A stretch of DNA of 64,000 bases from an uncultured bacterium. GTDB taxonomy: Bacteria; Chlamydiota; Chlamydiia; Chlamydiales; SM23-39. Below the pieces are notes generated by a model, which saw only the letters and a list, made by a program, of their open reading frames with translations, was not told the origin of the DNA and did not search any database. The stretch is from positions 16,407-80,406 of the forward strand of contig CAYGOC010000005.1 of NCBI GenBank assembly GCA_964351495.1, read 5' to 3'. The position numbers and the translations under genes were made by a program. Positions 10,032 to 18,981 of this stretch are shown here, piece after piece (positions within the stretch are counted from its first letter, which is position 1; every line of letters starts with the position of its first letter).

Positions 10032-10193
10032 TTATAGTAAATCCTTTGGGTTTATCAATTATGTATCAAGCTCGGGGGGAAGTATAAAGATTCTTTCTTT
10101 TCGAAGCAATCGAATCGAGCAGCTTGAAGCGGATCATAAATAAAAGATTTGTTTATAAAAATTTTTTAAGCATGAAGACGAGTAAAACAGTTC

Positions 10194-10222
10194 TTGAAAG
10201 TAACTAAAAGGATTTTTAAAAT
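10194..10222 (+). promoter_or_regulatory. candidate sigma-70-type promoter for 10253..10780
   Basis: TTGAAA at 10194-10199, a 17-nt spacer, and TAAAAT at 10217-10222. It sits ~30 nt upstream of the ATG, which has an AGGAAG SD-like element. Chance matches are common in AT-rich DNA. Confidence 0.35.
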
Positions 10223-10252
10223 CTCTGTCCAAGTTCAAAAAAAGGAAGAAGT

Positions 10253-10780
10253 ATGGCTGCACCACTAAGAAATAATAATATTGACTTTTCTAATTATATC
10301 AGAAATTTTCAAGAAGAAGAAGCTATTGAAGGAGAGAAAGGCAAGGTCTTTAGTTTTGAGGTACCTGTGTCTATTTTGGGAAAAGTAGATGTATTAGCTC
10401 ATTCGGATGCTCAAGATATGTTCGAAGGGCAAGATCTTAGCGAAATTATGTGGAATGATGTTGCTTATTTGGTTTTTCCTCTGAAACTTGGAAGAAAATC
10501 TTCTTACGAAAGTGATTCTGGTGTACCTGATTGTGGTGTAAAGGAACCTAAAGATCCTTTTATTAAAATAGCCAATGAAATAACCATTTTAATGAAGGAA
10601 TTTTTTAAACCTCATGGCATGAACCTGGAAATAAAAGCCTATCTCCACAACAGAAACATTGTTTGTTTTTTAGAGCCACTAGACCCTAATTTCAATCAAG
10701 ATTCATTAGAGATTTTTTGCCGAAATTTAAATATACCATTTAATGACAAGCGGAAAGAATCAGAGCAAAAAGTAGAGTGA
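10253..10780 (+). CDS. hypothetical acidic cytoplasmic protein, paralog A
   Basis: Clear paralogy with 11024..11569: NYIRNFQEEE/PYIVNFKEKE, SILGKVD/SVLEKVD, PKDPFIKIA/PEDPFFKTA, MNLEIKAYLH/MQLEVYIHIQ, EIFCRNLNI/ENFCNELGI. No signal peptide and no family recognised. Confidence 0.6.
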   Translation: MAAPLRNNNIDFSNYIRNFQEEEAIEGEKGKVFSFEVPVSILGKVDVLAHSDAQDMFEGQDLSEIMWNDVAYLVFPLKLGRKSSYESDSGVPDCGVKEPKDPFIKIANEITILMKEFFKPHGMNLEIKAYLHNRNIVCFLEPLDPNFNQDSLEIFCRNLNIPFNDKRKESEQKVE

Positions 10781-10789
10781 TTTTTTTGG

Positions 10790-10820
10790 GAGAGCTTTTT
10801 TTAAGCTCTCTTTCTTTGTT
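10790..10820 (+). terminator. rho-independent terminator after paralog A
   Basis: Perfect 8-bp stem GAGAGCTT / AAGCTCTC (10790-10797 and 10803-10810) with a 5-nt loop, followed by TTTCTTTGTT. Confidence 0.55.
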
Positions 10821-11023
10821 GTCAAAATGTAGAGTAAATGGAAAACTAAAGAAGACGTTTAAAACCCTTTTAAAAAAGCTATCTCAATCTCCATTTTTGT
10901 AAATTTTTTTTAAACCAAACCACGATGCAATCCCCTGGATTTACCCACGGAGAGTTTCAACCAATATGTATAATTAAATGACTTTTGTAGATAACTTTTT
11001 ACATCCCGTACGATTTTTAAGCC

Positions 11024-11569
11024 ATGGCTTCACTGGAAATAAACAATAGTCTGACTCCATATATTGTGAATTTTAAAGAAAAAGAATTTGGAGGGGAATC
11101 AAGACGGAGGCTCTTTTGTTTTGATCTACTTTTTTCTGTTTTGGAAAAAGTAGATGAAGAAATGTATGCAAATGCTCAGGAAAAATTTCCGGATAAAGAT
11201 TTTGCAAAGCTTACATGGAATCAAATTGCCGGCTCAATTTTTCCGCCTTCAAGGAGGTTGTCTTATGAAGCTTTATATGCAGAAGAAGGAACACGCCCAG
11301 CTCCTGAAGATCCGTTTTTTAAAACAGCACAAAAAATTAAATCTCTATTGAAGAAATTTTTCAGCGCTTATGAAATGCAGTTGGAAGTATATATTCATAT
11401 TCAAAGTAGAGAACTTTTCTTTTCTTTAAGAACACTAAATTTGGATTTCAACTATAATTTATTAGAAAATTTCTGTAATGAATTGGGAATACAAAACGAA
11501 GGAAGATTAAAAAGGGATTTAGAAAAAAGAGCAAAAAAAAATTTTCAAGAAGAAGCCAAAACAGAATAA
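11024..11569 (+). CDS. hypothetical cytoplasmic protein, paralog B
   Basis: Paralog of 10253..10780 (see that entry). Has a lysine/glutamate-rich tail. The overlapping 11154..11351 ORF is out of frame and was rejected. Confidence 0.6.
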   Translation: MASLEINNSLTPYIVNFKEKEFGGESRRRLFCFDLLFSVLEKVDEEMYANAQEKFPDKDFAKLTWNQIAGSIFPPSRRLSYEALYAEEGTRPAPEDPFFKTAQKIKSLLKKFFSAYEMQLEVYIHIQSRELFFSLRTLNLDFNYNLLENFCNELGIQNEGRLKRDLEKRAKKNFQEEAKTE

Positions 11570-11636
11570 AAAATTAATCCCTGGCAGCTTTTGTTTTGAT
11601 TGTGACAACATAGATCCATATTGGAACTAGAAACCC

Positions 11637-13781
11637 ATGCTTTTCAGAAATGCTTTTTTTGCTTTTCTTATTTTGATGTCCTCCTTTCTTTTTTCCTGGG
11701 AAGGAGAAAACCTTTTACAAGACTTAAAAATAGTAGAGGAAGTGGATAAAAAACAAAAAGAGGAGCTCCCTTTTTTGTACGACTTCAACTTGCAAGGAGG
11801 CTATTTCAACATGCCTTCTGCCAGGACGAAAGAAGCGGGACAGATGGGACTGGGTTTTTCTTATATTCCCCCTTATCATTTGTATGCAGCCTCTTTTTCT
11901 TTTTTTGATAGGGTCGAATTTGTAGGAAATTACTGGATTTTTAAAGGGGTAGAAGAGAGAAATTTTGGAAGAGATGGATTTGGAGACGATGCAGAAAGGT
12001 CTGCTAACATAAAGGTAGCTCTTTTAAAAAGAGGAGATGGATTCCCTGATTTTCCTGAATTTGCTTTTGGGTTTAATGACTTTATTGGAACCAAGCGGTT
12101 TTATTCTTTTTATGTGGTGGGAACTCAGTCTATTCTTCCTTGGAATTTAGAATGTAGCGTTGGTTGGGCTAAGGGAAGGATGCAAGGCTGGTTTGCAGGG
12201 GTTGCTTGGTCTCCTTTTCGAAACAGCTACAAACTTTTGCAAAACCTCACTTTTTCTGCAGAATATGATGTAAATGACTATAGGCACCATACGCATGAAC
12301 ACCACATGGGTAGAGAGGTGAAGAGCCGGGTAAATGCAGGAGTTCACTATTCTTTATTGGATACGCTATATGCTTCTGTTTCTTCTTTAAGAGGCAAGGA
12401 AATAGCCGCTTCGGTTTCGTTACATTATAACTTTGGAACTACGGAGGGGCTTTTCCCGAAATTTTCAGATCCTCTTCCCTACACGGAACCTTTAGATGTA
12501 GAATCTATAGGAAAGAGAAGAACAGAAGAAAAACTAACCGCCCAGTGGGTAGACGCATTTTCAGAACAAGGATTTGACCTAGAATGCATAAAGTGGGTTC
12601 CTGGCAAAAAAGAAGGCATCTGGATACGAGTTATTAATAACCGATATAGAGAAGAACAAGAGATTCGCTTTCGGATAGAAAATATTTTAGCTTCTTTAAC
12701 GCCTTCCAATGTATCTTGGGTTACATTTGTTTTAAAAACAGAAGGGATAGAGGTACAACAATACACCTACAGAGAACAAGAGCTTTCTCGATTTCGAGAA
12801 GATGCAATCGGAAAGTATGAACTTTCTTTGGTATCTCCTATGAAAGAGGTAACTTCTTCCCCCTCTTCTTATGATTCTTCCCTGCTTTATAAAAGAAAAG
12901 GGTGGGTTTGGTCTTTTTTAGCGAGACCTATGTTCCGCTCTTATTTTGGTAGTGCAACGGGAAAATTTAAATATGATGTAGGACTTATGGCTGGACCGGA
13001 AGGATATTTATGGAACCAGATATACTACAACTTACAAGCCAGTTATATTGTTAGTTCTTCCTCTCAAAAAGTAGGTTCTGTAGATAGGCTAAATCCTTCT
13101 CAAATTATACACGTCCGTTCGGACACGATTTTATACCACCAAGCGAATACGTTTCATGTAGATAAAATGTATTTGCAAAAAAGCTGGAATATGGGACTCG
13201 GATGGTTTTCTAGGATAGCTTTGGGATATTTTGAAACGGCTTACGCGGGAATTGCTACAGAGCTGCTCTATTATCCGGCTCGGGCCAACTGGGCTATAGG
13301 TTTTGAGGTGGCAACTCTTTTAAAAAGGAGATATGAAGGGTTGAAGTTTCAGAAAAAAATTCGGAAAATGGTAGGGTTTGAACCGGTTTATGTTCCTTAC
13401 AAAGGGCTTCAGTATTTTCTCGATTTTTATTATGACTATTCTCCTTTAAGTGTGGATTGCAAGCTAAGTCTTGGACAATTTTTAGCCAAAGATAAAGGGT
13501 TTAAATTAGAGCTAGGACGCTATTTTTCTTCCGGTCTTCGGATCGCTGCTTGGTATACCGTTACTTCTAAGGTGGATATATTGAATGGGAGTAGATACTT
13601 TGATAAGGGTGTTTCTTTTTCGATGCCTTTAGATATTTTTATGGCCAAAAGTAGTCAGGCAAGAGTAGGTTACGCCATGGCTGCGTGGCTGAGAGATGTG
13701 GGCGCCAAGGCGCAAACAGGAAGAGAGCTTTATCCTGTAATACAAGGACAAAGACACAACCCAAGACCTTCTTATTACTAG
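11637..13781 (+). CDS. YjbH/GfcD-family outer-membrane protein (exopolysaccharide-associated beta-barrel)
   Basis: Has a signal peptide. GGYFNMPSARTKEAGQMGLGFSY and ERSANIKVALLKRGDGFPDFPEFAFGFNDFIGTKRFYSFYVVG resemble the N-terminal region of E. coli YjbH as I recall it. The ~700-aa size also matches the family. Confidence 0.65.
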   Translation: MLFRNAFFAFLILMSSFLFSWEGENLLQDLKIVEEVDKKQKEELPFLYDFNLQGGYFNMPSARTKEAGQMGLGFSYIPPYHLYAASFSFFDRVEFVGNYWIFKGVEERNFGRDGFGDDAERSANIKVALLKRGDGFPDFPEFAFGFNDFIGTKRFYSFYVVGTQSILPWNLECSVGWAKGRMQGWFAGVAWSPFRNSYKLLQNLTFSAEYDVNDYRHHTHEHHMGREVKSRVNAGVHYSLLDTLYASVSSLRGKEIAASVSLHYNFGTTEGLFPKFSDPLPYTEPLDVESIGKRRTEEKLTAQWVDAFSEQGFDLECIKWVPGKKEGIWIRVINNRYREEQEIRFRIENILASLTPSNVSWVTFVLKTEGIEVQQYTYREQELSRFREDAIGKYELSLVSPMKEVTSSPSSYDSSLLYKRKGWVWSFLARPMFRSYFGSATGKFKYDVGLMAGPEGYLWNQIYYNLQASYIVSSSSQKVGSVDRLNPSQIIHVRSDTILYHQANTFHVDKMYLQKSWNMGLGWFSRIALGYFETAYAGIATELLYYPARANWAIGFEVATLLKRRYEGLKFQKKIRKMVGFEPVYVPYKGLQYFLDFYYDYSPLSVDCKLSLGQFLAKDKGFKLELGRYFSSGLRIAAWYTVTSKVDILNGSRYFDKGVSFSMPLDIFMAKSSQARVGYAMAAWLRDVGAKAQTGRELYPVIQGQRHNPRPSYY

Positions 13782-13789
13782 CTTACAGT

Positions 13790-14809
13790 TTAATCAATAA
13801 AGGGAAGAAGCTCTTCTGCTGCGTAGCTGAAGATTAAGTTTGCGCCTGCTCTTTTGATGGCCATGGTAGCTTCCAAAAAAATTTCTGGATAAGGAGCTAT
13901 GTTCTCTTCACAGGCTTTTTTGAGCATGGCGTATTCTCCACTTACCTGATAGGCTGCAATTGGTAGTAGCGTTCTTTTTCGAAGCTCAGAGATGATATCT
14001 AAGTAAAAGCTGGCAGGCTTTACCAGTAAAATGTCTGCTCCTTCTTTTTCATCTTCTGTAGCTTCTAAAAGAGACTCTCTTGTATTGGCATAGGGGAGCT
14101 GATAGCTTTTTTTGTCTTTTTGTATTTTTGCTTGTACTGCAGATCTAAAAGGAGAATAAAGACAAGAGGCGTACTTAATGCTGTACGATAAAAGACTTGT
14201 TTTTTGGTATCCTTTTTCATCTAGTTTTTTACGGATGTATCCGATTCTGCCATCCATCATATCACTGGGGGCTACAATATCGGCTCCTTTTTCTGCGTAT
14301 AAAAGAGCCATCTTAGCTAAAAGAAAGATAGTTTCATCATTGTCTACTTCCCCCTTTTCATCTAAGACGCCATCTTGTCCATGGGATGTATAGGGATCTA
14401 AGGCAATATCTACGATAAGCAGGAGGTTGGGGAGTTCTTTTTTTAGTATTTCGATACACTTTGGGATAAGTCCTTTTGGATTTAGAGCTTCTTCTCCTTT
14501 TTCTGTTTTTAAAGAAGAAGCAACTCTAGGAAATAAGGCTATTGCCTGAATGCCTTTTTTATGGAGGTCTTCTGCTTTTTTTATGAGAAGATCTACAGAA
14601 TAGATATAGGTATCCGGAAAAAAAGGGATCGCTGTTTTGGTTTTTTCCCCTTCTTGGACGAAAAGAGGAGCTATAAAGTCTGTTTTTCGTAAAAAATTTT
14701 CCTGTAAAAGGGAACGAATAGCAGGACTCTGTCTATTTCTTCTAAGTCTTCTTTGTATGGAGGTACAATAAAGTGTAAAAGACTCTTTTTCTTTCAAATT
14801 AAAGAACAT
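13790..14809 (-). CDS. hemB: porphobilinogen synthase (delta-aminolevulinate dehydratase), Asp-rich (non-Cys) metal site
   Basis: RRLRRNRQSPAIRSLLQE; DIALDPYTSHGQDG in place of the Cys-rich Zn site; IKYASCLYSPFR and VKPASFYLDII with the active-site lysines. Confidence 0.9.
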   Translation of the reverse strand: MFFNLKEKESFTLYCTSIQRRLRRNRQSPAIRSLLQENFLRKTDFIAPLFVQEGEKTKTAIPFFPDTYIYSVDLLIKKAEDLHKKGIQAIALFPRVASSLKTEKGEEALNPKGLIPKCIEILKKELPNLLLIVDIALDPYTSHGQDGVLDEKGEVDNDETIFLLAKMALLYAEKGADIVAPSDMMDGRIGYIRKKLDEKGYQKTSLLSYSIKYASCLYSPFRSAVQAKIQKDKKSYQLPYANTRESLLEATEDEKEGADILLVKPASFYLDIISELRKRTLLPIAAYQVSGEYAMLKKACEENIAPYPEIFLEATMAIKRAGANLIFSYAAEELLPFID

Positions 14810-14918
14810 TTTTTGTTTTCCTTTTTCGAGTTGTTGTTTTAACCTCTCTTATAACTACAATCAGTATACATAGTAGAAGAACAAAAGAAAAAAGCATTTT
14901 ACCAAAAAGGGTTCGTAC

Positions 14919-16553
14919 ATGGGTGGAAATTATGAGGACTTTTCAGAAAGCCAAATAAAAATTTTAGAAAGGTATGTTACGAATATCTCAGGGAATGTAT
15001 TTGCTTTGAGAAATTTGCCGGAAGTAATAAAAGGAGCTCTTTTTTCTAGATATTCCAGGTCTACCTTGGGACTTCGGATGCTTTTGTTAAAAGATTTTAT
15101 CTTAAATGAAGATATGGCCTTTTCTTCCATAACGGGAGATAAGTCTTCAGAAGAGGAGTTTTTTTTAGAACAGACTGCAGCCATTAAAAAAGCACAAAAT
15201 TTTTATGATCGAATTTTAGATGGATATGGAGATGACTCAATAGGAGAATTAGGGGGCGCTCACCTAGCTTTAGAAAACATTTCTATGTTGGCTGCAAAAG
15301 TTATAGAAGATGCCAGAATTGGAGGATCTCCTTTAGAAAAGTCAACTCGATATATTTATTTTGATCAAAAGGTAAATGGAGAATATCTGTTTTACCAAGA
15401 GCCCATTATTATGACTTCTGCTTATCGAGATCTTTACTTGCAGACTTGTAATTCTTTATTTGAGACCTATAGCCGGTTAATCCCTCCTCTTACAGCGATG
15501 ATTGAAAAAAAATTTCCGAGAGATCACTCTATATCTAAAATGGCTTACACGGCTTCTTTGCGGGCTAAAGTGTTAGATTGTCTTCGAGGTCTTTTACCTG
15601 CTTCTACTTTCACGAACATGGGCCTTTTCGGTAATGGTCGTTTTTTTGAGAATTTGATTCAAAAACTGCATATTCACAACTTAGCAGAAATGCAAGATGT
15701 GGGGAAAAAGGCTTATCAAGAACTAGAAAAAGTGATTCCTTCTTTTGTTCGAAGGGCAGAAGTATCTCATAAGCACCAAATTTCTTTTGCTCGGTTTCAT
15801 GAAGAGATGCAGGCAGAGATAAAGCAAGTGGCAGAGCTGCAGGCGAAAGAAGTGGGAGGTATAAAAAAACCGGGAATTTACCTGATTCAGCACGATCCTG
15901 AAGCGGTGTATAAGGTAGGAGCCTCCCTTTTGTTTGGCCATACCAAGGGTTCTTTACAAGATTTAGAAAAGCTTTGTAAGGAGATGCCGGAAGAGGCCTT
16001 TTTTACTCTTTTAGATACAGCCTGTTCTTGTAGAGAAAATAGAAGGCATAAATCTCCTAGAGCTCTAGAGCATGCTACCTTTACTTTTGAAATTTTGGCC
16101 GACTTTGGTATTTATCGCGATTTACATCGTCATAGAATGCTCACCCAAGAAAGGCAGCTTTTATCTTGTGAGTATGGCTATTTTATTCCTTCTGAAATTA
16201 TGGGAACGGATCTAGAAAAAGAGTATATTCAAGCTATGGAAAAAGCTAAACAAGCTTATGATGAAATAGTAACCGAGCTTCCAGAAGAGGCCCAATATGT
16301 GGTGCCTATGGCTTACAACATAAGATGGTATTTTCATGTTAACTTAAGAGCTTTGCAGTGGCTTTGTGAACTTCGTTCTTCTCCATCAGGCCATCCTAAT
16401 TATCGCTATGTAGCTCAAGAGATGGCAAGGCTTGTTTGTCAAGCGGAGCCCCGTTTTGAACGGTTCTTTAAATTTGTTGACTTTGAAGGATATGAGCTGG
16501 GAAGACTCGGAGCGGAGATTCGGCAAACAGAAAAAATGCAGGAGCCTTCTTAA
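14919..16553 (+). CDS. thyX: FAD-dependent thymidylate synthase ThyX (long form)
   Basis: ThyX signature YRDLHRHRMLTQERQLLS. The ~540-aa length is like chlamydial ThyX. Confidence 0.85.
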   Translation: MGGNYEDFSESQIKILERYVTNISGNVFALRNLPEVIKGALFSRYSRSTLGLRMLLLKDFILNEDMAFSSITGDKSSEEEFFLEQTAAIKKAQNFYDRILDGYGDDSIGELGGAHLALENISMLAAKVIEDARIGGSPLEKSTRYIYFDQKVNGEYLFYQEPIIMTSAYRDLYLQTCNSLFETYSRLIPPLTAMIEKKFPRDHSISKMAYTASLRAKVLDCLRGLLPASTFTNMGLFGNGRFFENLIQKLHIHNLAEMQDVGKKAYQELEKVIPSFVRRAEVSHKHQISFARFHEEMQAEIKQVAELQAKEVGGIKKPGIYLIQHDPEAVYKVGASLLFGHTKGSLQDLEKLCKEMPEEAFFTLLDTACSCRENRRHKSPRALEHATFTFEILADFGIYRDLHRHRMLTQERQLLSCEYGYFIPSEIMGTDLEKEYIQAMEKAKQAYDEIVTELPEEAQYVVPMAYNIRWYFHVNLRALQWLCELRSSPSGHPNYRYVAQEMARLVCQAEPRFERFFKFVDFEGYELGRLGAEIRQTEKMQEPS

Positions 16554-16558
16554 AAAAA

Positions 16559-17743
16559 ATGGGAATTTCCAAAAAAGTTTTAGGAGGGATGCTTTTACTT
16601 ACAGGCTCTTGTATAGGAGCGGGTATGTTAGCGCTTCCTATTCTTACAGGAATAGCAGGTTTTGTTCCTTCTTTACTTTCTTTTTTCTTAGCTTGGGGTT
16701 TTATGACTTTTACTGCCTTTTTGGTGTTAGAAGTTACCTATTGGTTTAAGGGGTCTGCAAACTTTGTCTCTATGACAGAAAAATCTTTAGGCCCTTGGGG
16801 CAGGAACGTAAGCGCTATTTTGTATTTATTTTTATTTTATGCGCTTTTAGTGAGCTATATTTCTGCAAGCGGCCTTATTTTTTCTCAGATATTTCCTTCC
16901 GTTTTTGCAGAAAAAACTCTTTCTTTCTTTTTTACCCTCTTTTTTGGAACGTGTATTTTCTGGGGTACCAGGACGGTTGATCTGGTAAATCGCTTTTTGA
17001 TGCTAGCTCTTTTTCTCTCTTATTTTTTTATGCTTTTTTCAGGACTCTCTAAGGTGGAGTTTTCTAATCTTTTGCATAAAGCGCCTAAATACATTTCCAT
17101 TTCTCTTCCTGTTTTAGTTATCTCTTTTGGCTTTCATAATATGATACCTACTTTGATGAACTATTTAGATCATGATGTAAAGAAAATGAGGCAGGTAGTT
17201 TTGGGAGGGAGTCTTTGCGTTTTTATAGTCTATTTGTTATGGGCTATTTTAGTAATGGGGATCATCCCCTTTTCTGGAAAAGAGGGTATTTTGGCTATTT
17301 ATGAGCAAAAAAAAGAGGCCTCTTCTGCTATTTCGCAGGCTTTAGGAGGGACTTTTATTTCTACCATGACCAAAGCGTTTGCTTTTTTTGCAATTATTAC
17401 TTCCTTTTTAGCCCAAGCGCTCAGCCTTATGCATTTTATAGCAGATGGGTTTCATAAAAAGTTTACGATAAAAAATAAAGGAGTTTTGGTTTTCCTCACC
17501 TTATTTCCTCCTCTTGTTTTTGCATTTAGTTATCCGAATGTATTTATCCAAGCTATTAATTTTGCAGGAGGAATTTGTGCAGTTGTTCTTTTTGGGATTC
17601 TTCCTATTATGATGGTTTGGAAGGGAAGATATCAAAAAAAGCTCTCCTCTTATCAAGTTTTTGGAGGGAAAGCTCTTCTTTCTTTAGCCGCAATGTTTGC
17701 TCTTTTTATTTTTATTCAGGAACTTTATCACATTTTTTATTGA
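16559..17743 (+). CDS. tyrP: aromatic amino acid (Tyr/Trp) transporter, HAAAP family, copy 1
   Basis: GSCIGAGMLALPILTG at the N-terminus and ~11 TM segments. Tandem with a paralog. Confidence 0.8.
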   Translation: MGISKKVLGGMLLLTGSCIGAGMLALPILTGIAGFVPSLLSFFLAWGFMTFTAFLVLEVTYWFKGSANFVSMTEKSLGPWGRNVSAILYLFLFYALLVSYISASGLIFSQIFPSVFAEKTLSFFFTLFFGTCIFWGTRTVDLVNRFLMLALFLSYFFMLFSGLSKVEFSNLLHKAPKYISISLPVLVISFGFHNMIPTLMNYLDHDVKKMRQVVLGGSLCVFIVYLLWAILVMGIIPFSGKEGILAIYEQKKEASSAISQALGGTFISTMTKAFAFFAIITSFLAQALSLMHFIADGFHKKFTIKNKGVLVFLTLFPPLVFAFSYPNVFIQAINFAGGICAVVLFGILPIMMVWKGRYQKKLSSYQVFGGKALLSLAAMFALFIFIQELYHIFY

Positions 17744-17746
17744 TTC

Positions 17747-18919
17747 ATGCGTTTAGGACATTTTTTAGGAGCCATATTTTTAATAGCAGGGACAGCCATT
17801 GGAGCGGGGATGCTTGCTCTTCCTGTAACTACTTCTTTGGCAGGGTTTTTTCCTACACTTATTTCTCTTTCTTTTATATGGCTTTATTTAACCTCGACTG
17901 CCTTTATTTTGTTAGAAGTGAATCTTTTTTTCCCGGGGAAATTGAATTTAATTTCTTTAGCAGAAAAAACTTTAGGAAAGAAAGGGAAACTTTTATGTTG
18001 GAGCGCATATCTTCTCTTACTATATTGTTTAACAGCTGCTTATTTAGCGGGTAGCTCCCCTTTTTTTTCTCTTTTCTTTTCTCATTTTTTTGACCTGTCT
18101 CTTCCTTCTGAAGTGGCTTCTTTTTTATTTTTACTCTTATTTGGAACCTTCATCTACTTAGGAACACGGTTTGTAGATCTTGTAAATCGGTTTTTTATAG
18201 GGGGGCTTGCTCTTTCTTATCTACTTTTGATCTTGTATCTTCCCGCTCATGTGAAGGGAGATTTTTTACTTTATAGCAATCCAAAAGCCCTTATTTTAGG
18301 GGTTCCTGTGATAGTGACTTCTTTTGGGTTTCATATTGTAATTCCAACTTTGACGGACTATTTACACCGGAACAAAAAAAAATTGAGGCTAGCTATTTTT
18401 TGGGGGAGTTTAATTCCTTTTGTTGTCTATTTTATTTGGGAGTTTTTTGTTTTAGGGTCGATTCCTCTTCAAGGAGAAAATGGGCTTATGAAGGCCTTTT
18501 CGAAAGGGGATTCGGCAACGCTTGCTTTAGTAAAAACCATACAAAAACCGCTGATTCAAATATCGGCTCCTTTTTTCTCCTTTTTTGCTATTGTCACCTC
18601 GTTTTTGGGGGTTACTTTAAGCCTTTTTGATTTTTTGGCAGACGGTCTAAAGCTTACCAAAACAAGATCCCATAAGTTTATTATTTCCCTTTTTACGTTT
18701 GTGCCTCCTTTGTTTTTCGTAATTTTTTTCCAAAAAGCTTTTTTTTCTGCTTTGCAGTATGCCGCCATTTTTGTGGCTATTTTGCTAGGGCTCATGCCTG
18801 CTTTAATGGCATGGAAGCTTCCTTCCTTTCAAACAAAGAAAAAAAAGACCCTTCTTGTTTCTGTAATTTTTGTTTCTTTTTTGCTGGTTTTTTTAGATTT
18901 TTTTCAAAAAACCACATAA
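17747..18919 (+). CDS. tyrP: aromatic amino acid (Tyr/Trp) transporter, HAAAP family, copy 2
   Basis: GTAIGAGMLALPVTTS, and collinear similarity to copy 1 (VDLVNRF, ISFGFHN/TSFGFHI, FLADG). Confidence 0.8.
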   Translation: MRLGHFLGAIFLIAGTAIGAGMLALPVTTSLAGFFPTLISLSFIWLYLTSTAFILLEVNLFFPGKLNLISLAEKTLGKKGKLLCWSAYLLLLYCLTAAYLAGSSPFFSLFFSHFFDLSLPSEVASFLFLLLFGTFIYLGTRFVDLVNRFFIGGLALSYLLLILYLPAHVKGDFLLYSNPKALILGVPVIVTSFGFHIVIPTLTDYLHRNKKKLRLAIFWGSLIPFVVYFIWEFFVLGSIPLQGENGLMKAFSKGDSATLALVKTIQKPLIQISAPFFSFFAIVTSFLGVTLSLFDFLADGLKLTKTRSHKFIISLFTFVPPLFFVIFFQKAFFSALQYAAIFVAILLGLMPALMAWKLPSFQTKKKKTLLVSVIFVSFLLVFLDFFQKTT

Positions 18920-18981
18920 ATATTTGCAATTAAATCTTTTTTTATAACAATGAAAATAAAACCGCAAAAGGAGCGATTCCT

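Noticed and set aside
10969-10974. Perfect TATAAT ~50 nt upstream of paralog B as its promoter
   Set aside because: There is no acceptable -35 element at 16-19 nt spacing, and TATAAT alone is expected by chance in this composition.
10253-11569. Idea that the two paralogs are the YjbF/YjbG-type partners of the downstream YjbH-like protein
   Set aside because: YjbF/GfcB and YjbG/GfcC are exported lipoprotein or periplasmic proteins. Both paralogs here lack any signal peptide or lipobox and show no resemblance I can see.
17575-18054. 159-aa plus-strand ORF spanning the tyrP copy 1 / copy 2 junction
   Set aside because: It is out of frame with both transporter genes, which have clear family motifs. 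Its composition is Ser/Phe/Cys-rich, typical of an off-frame reading of membrane-protein genes.
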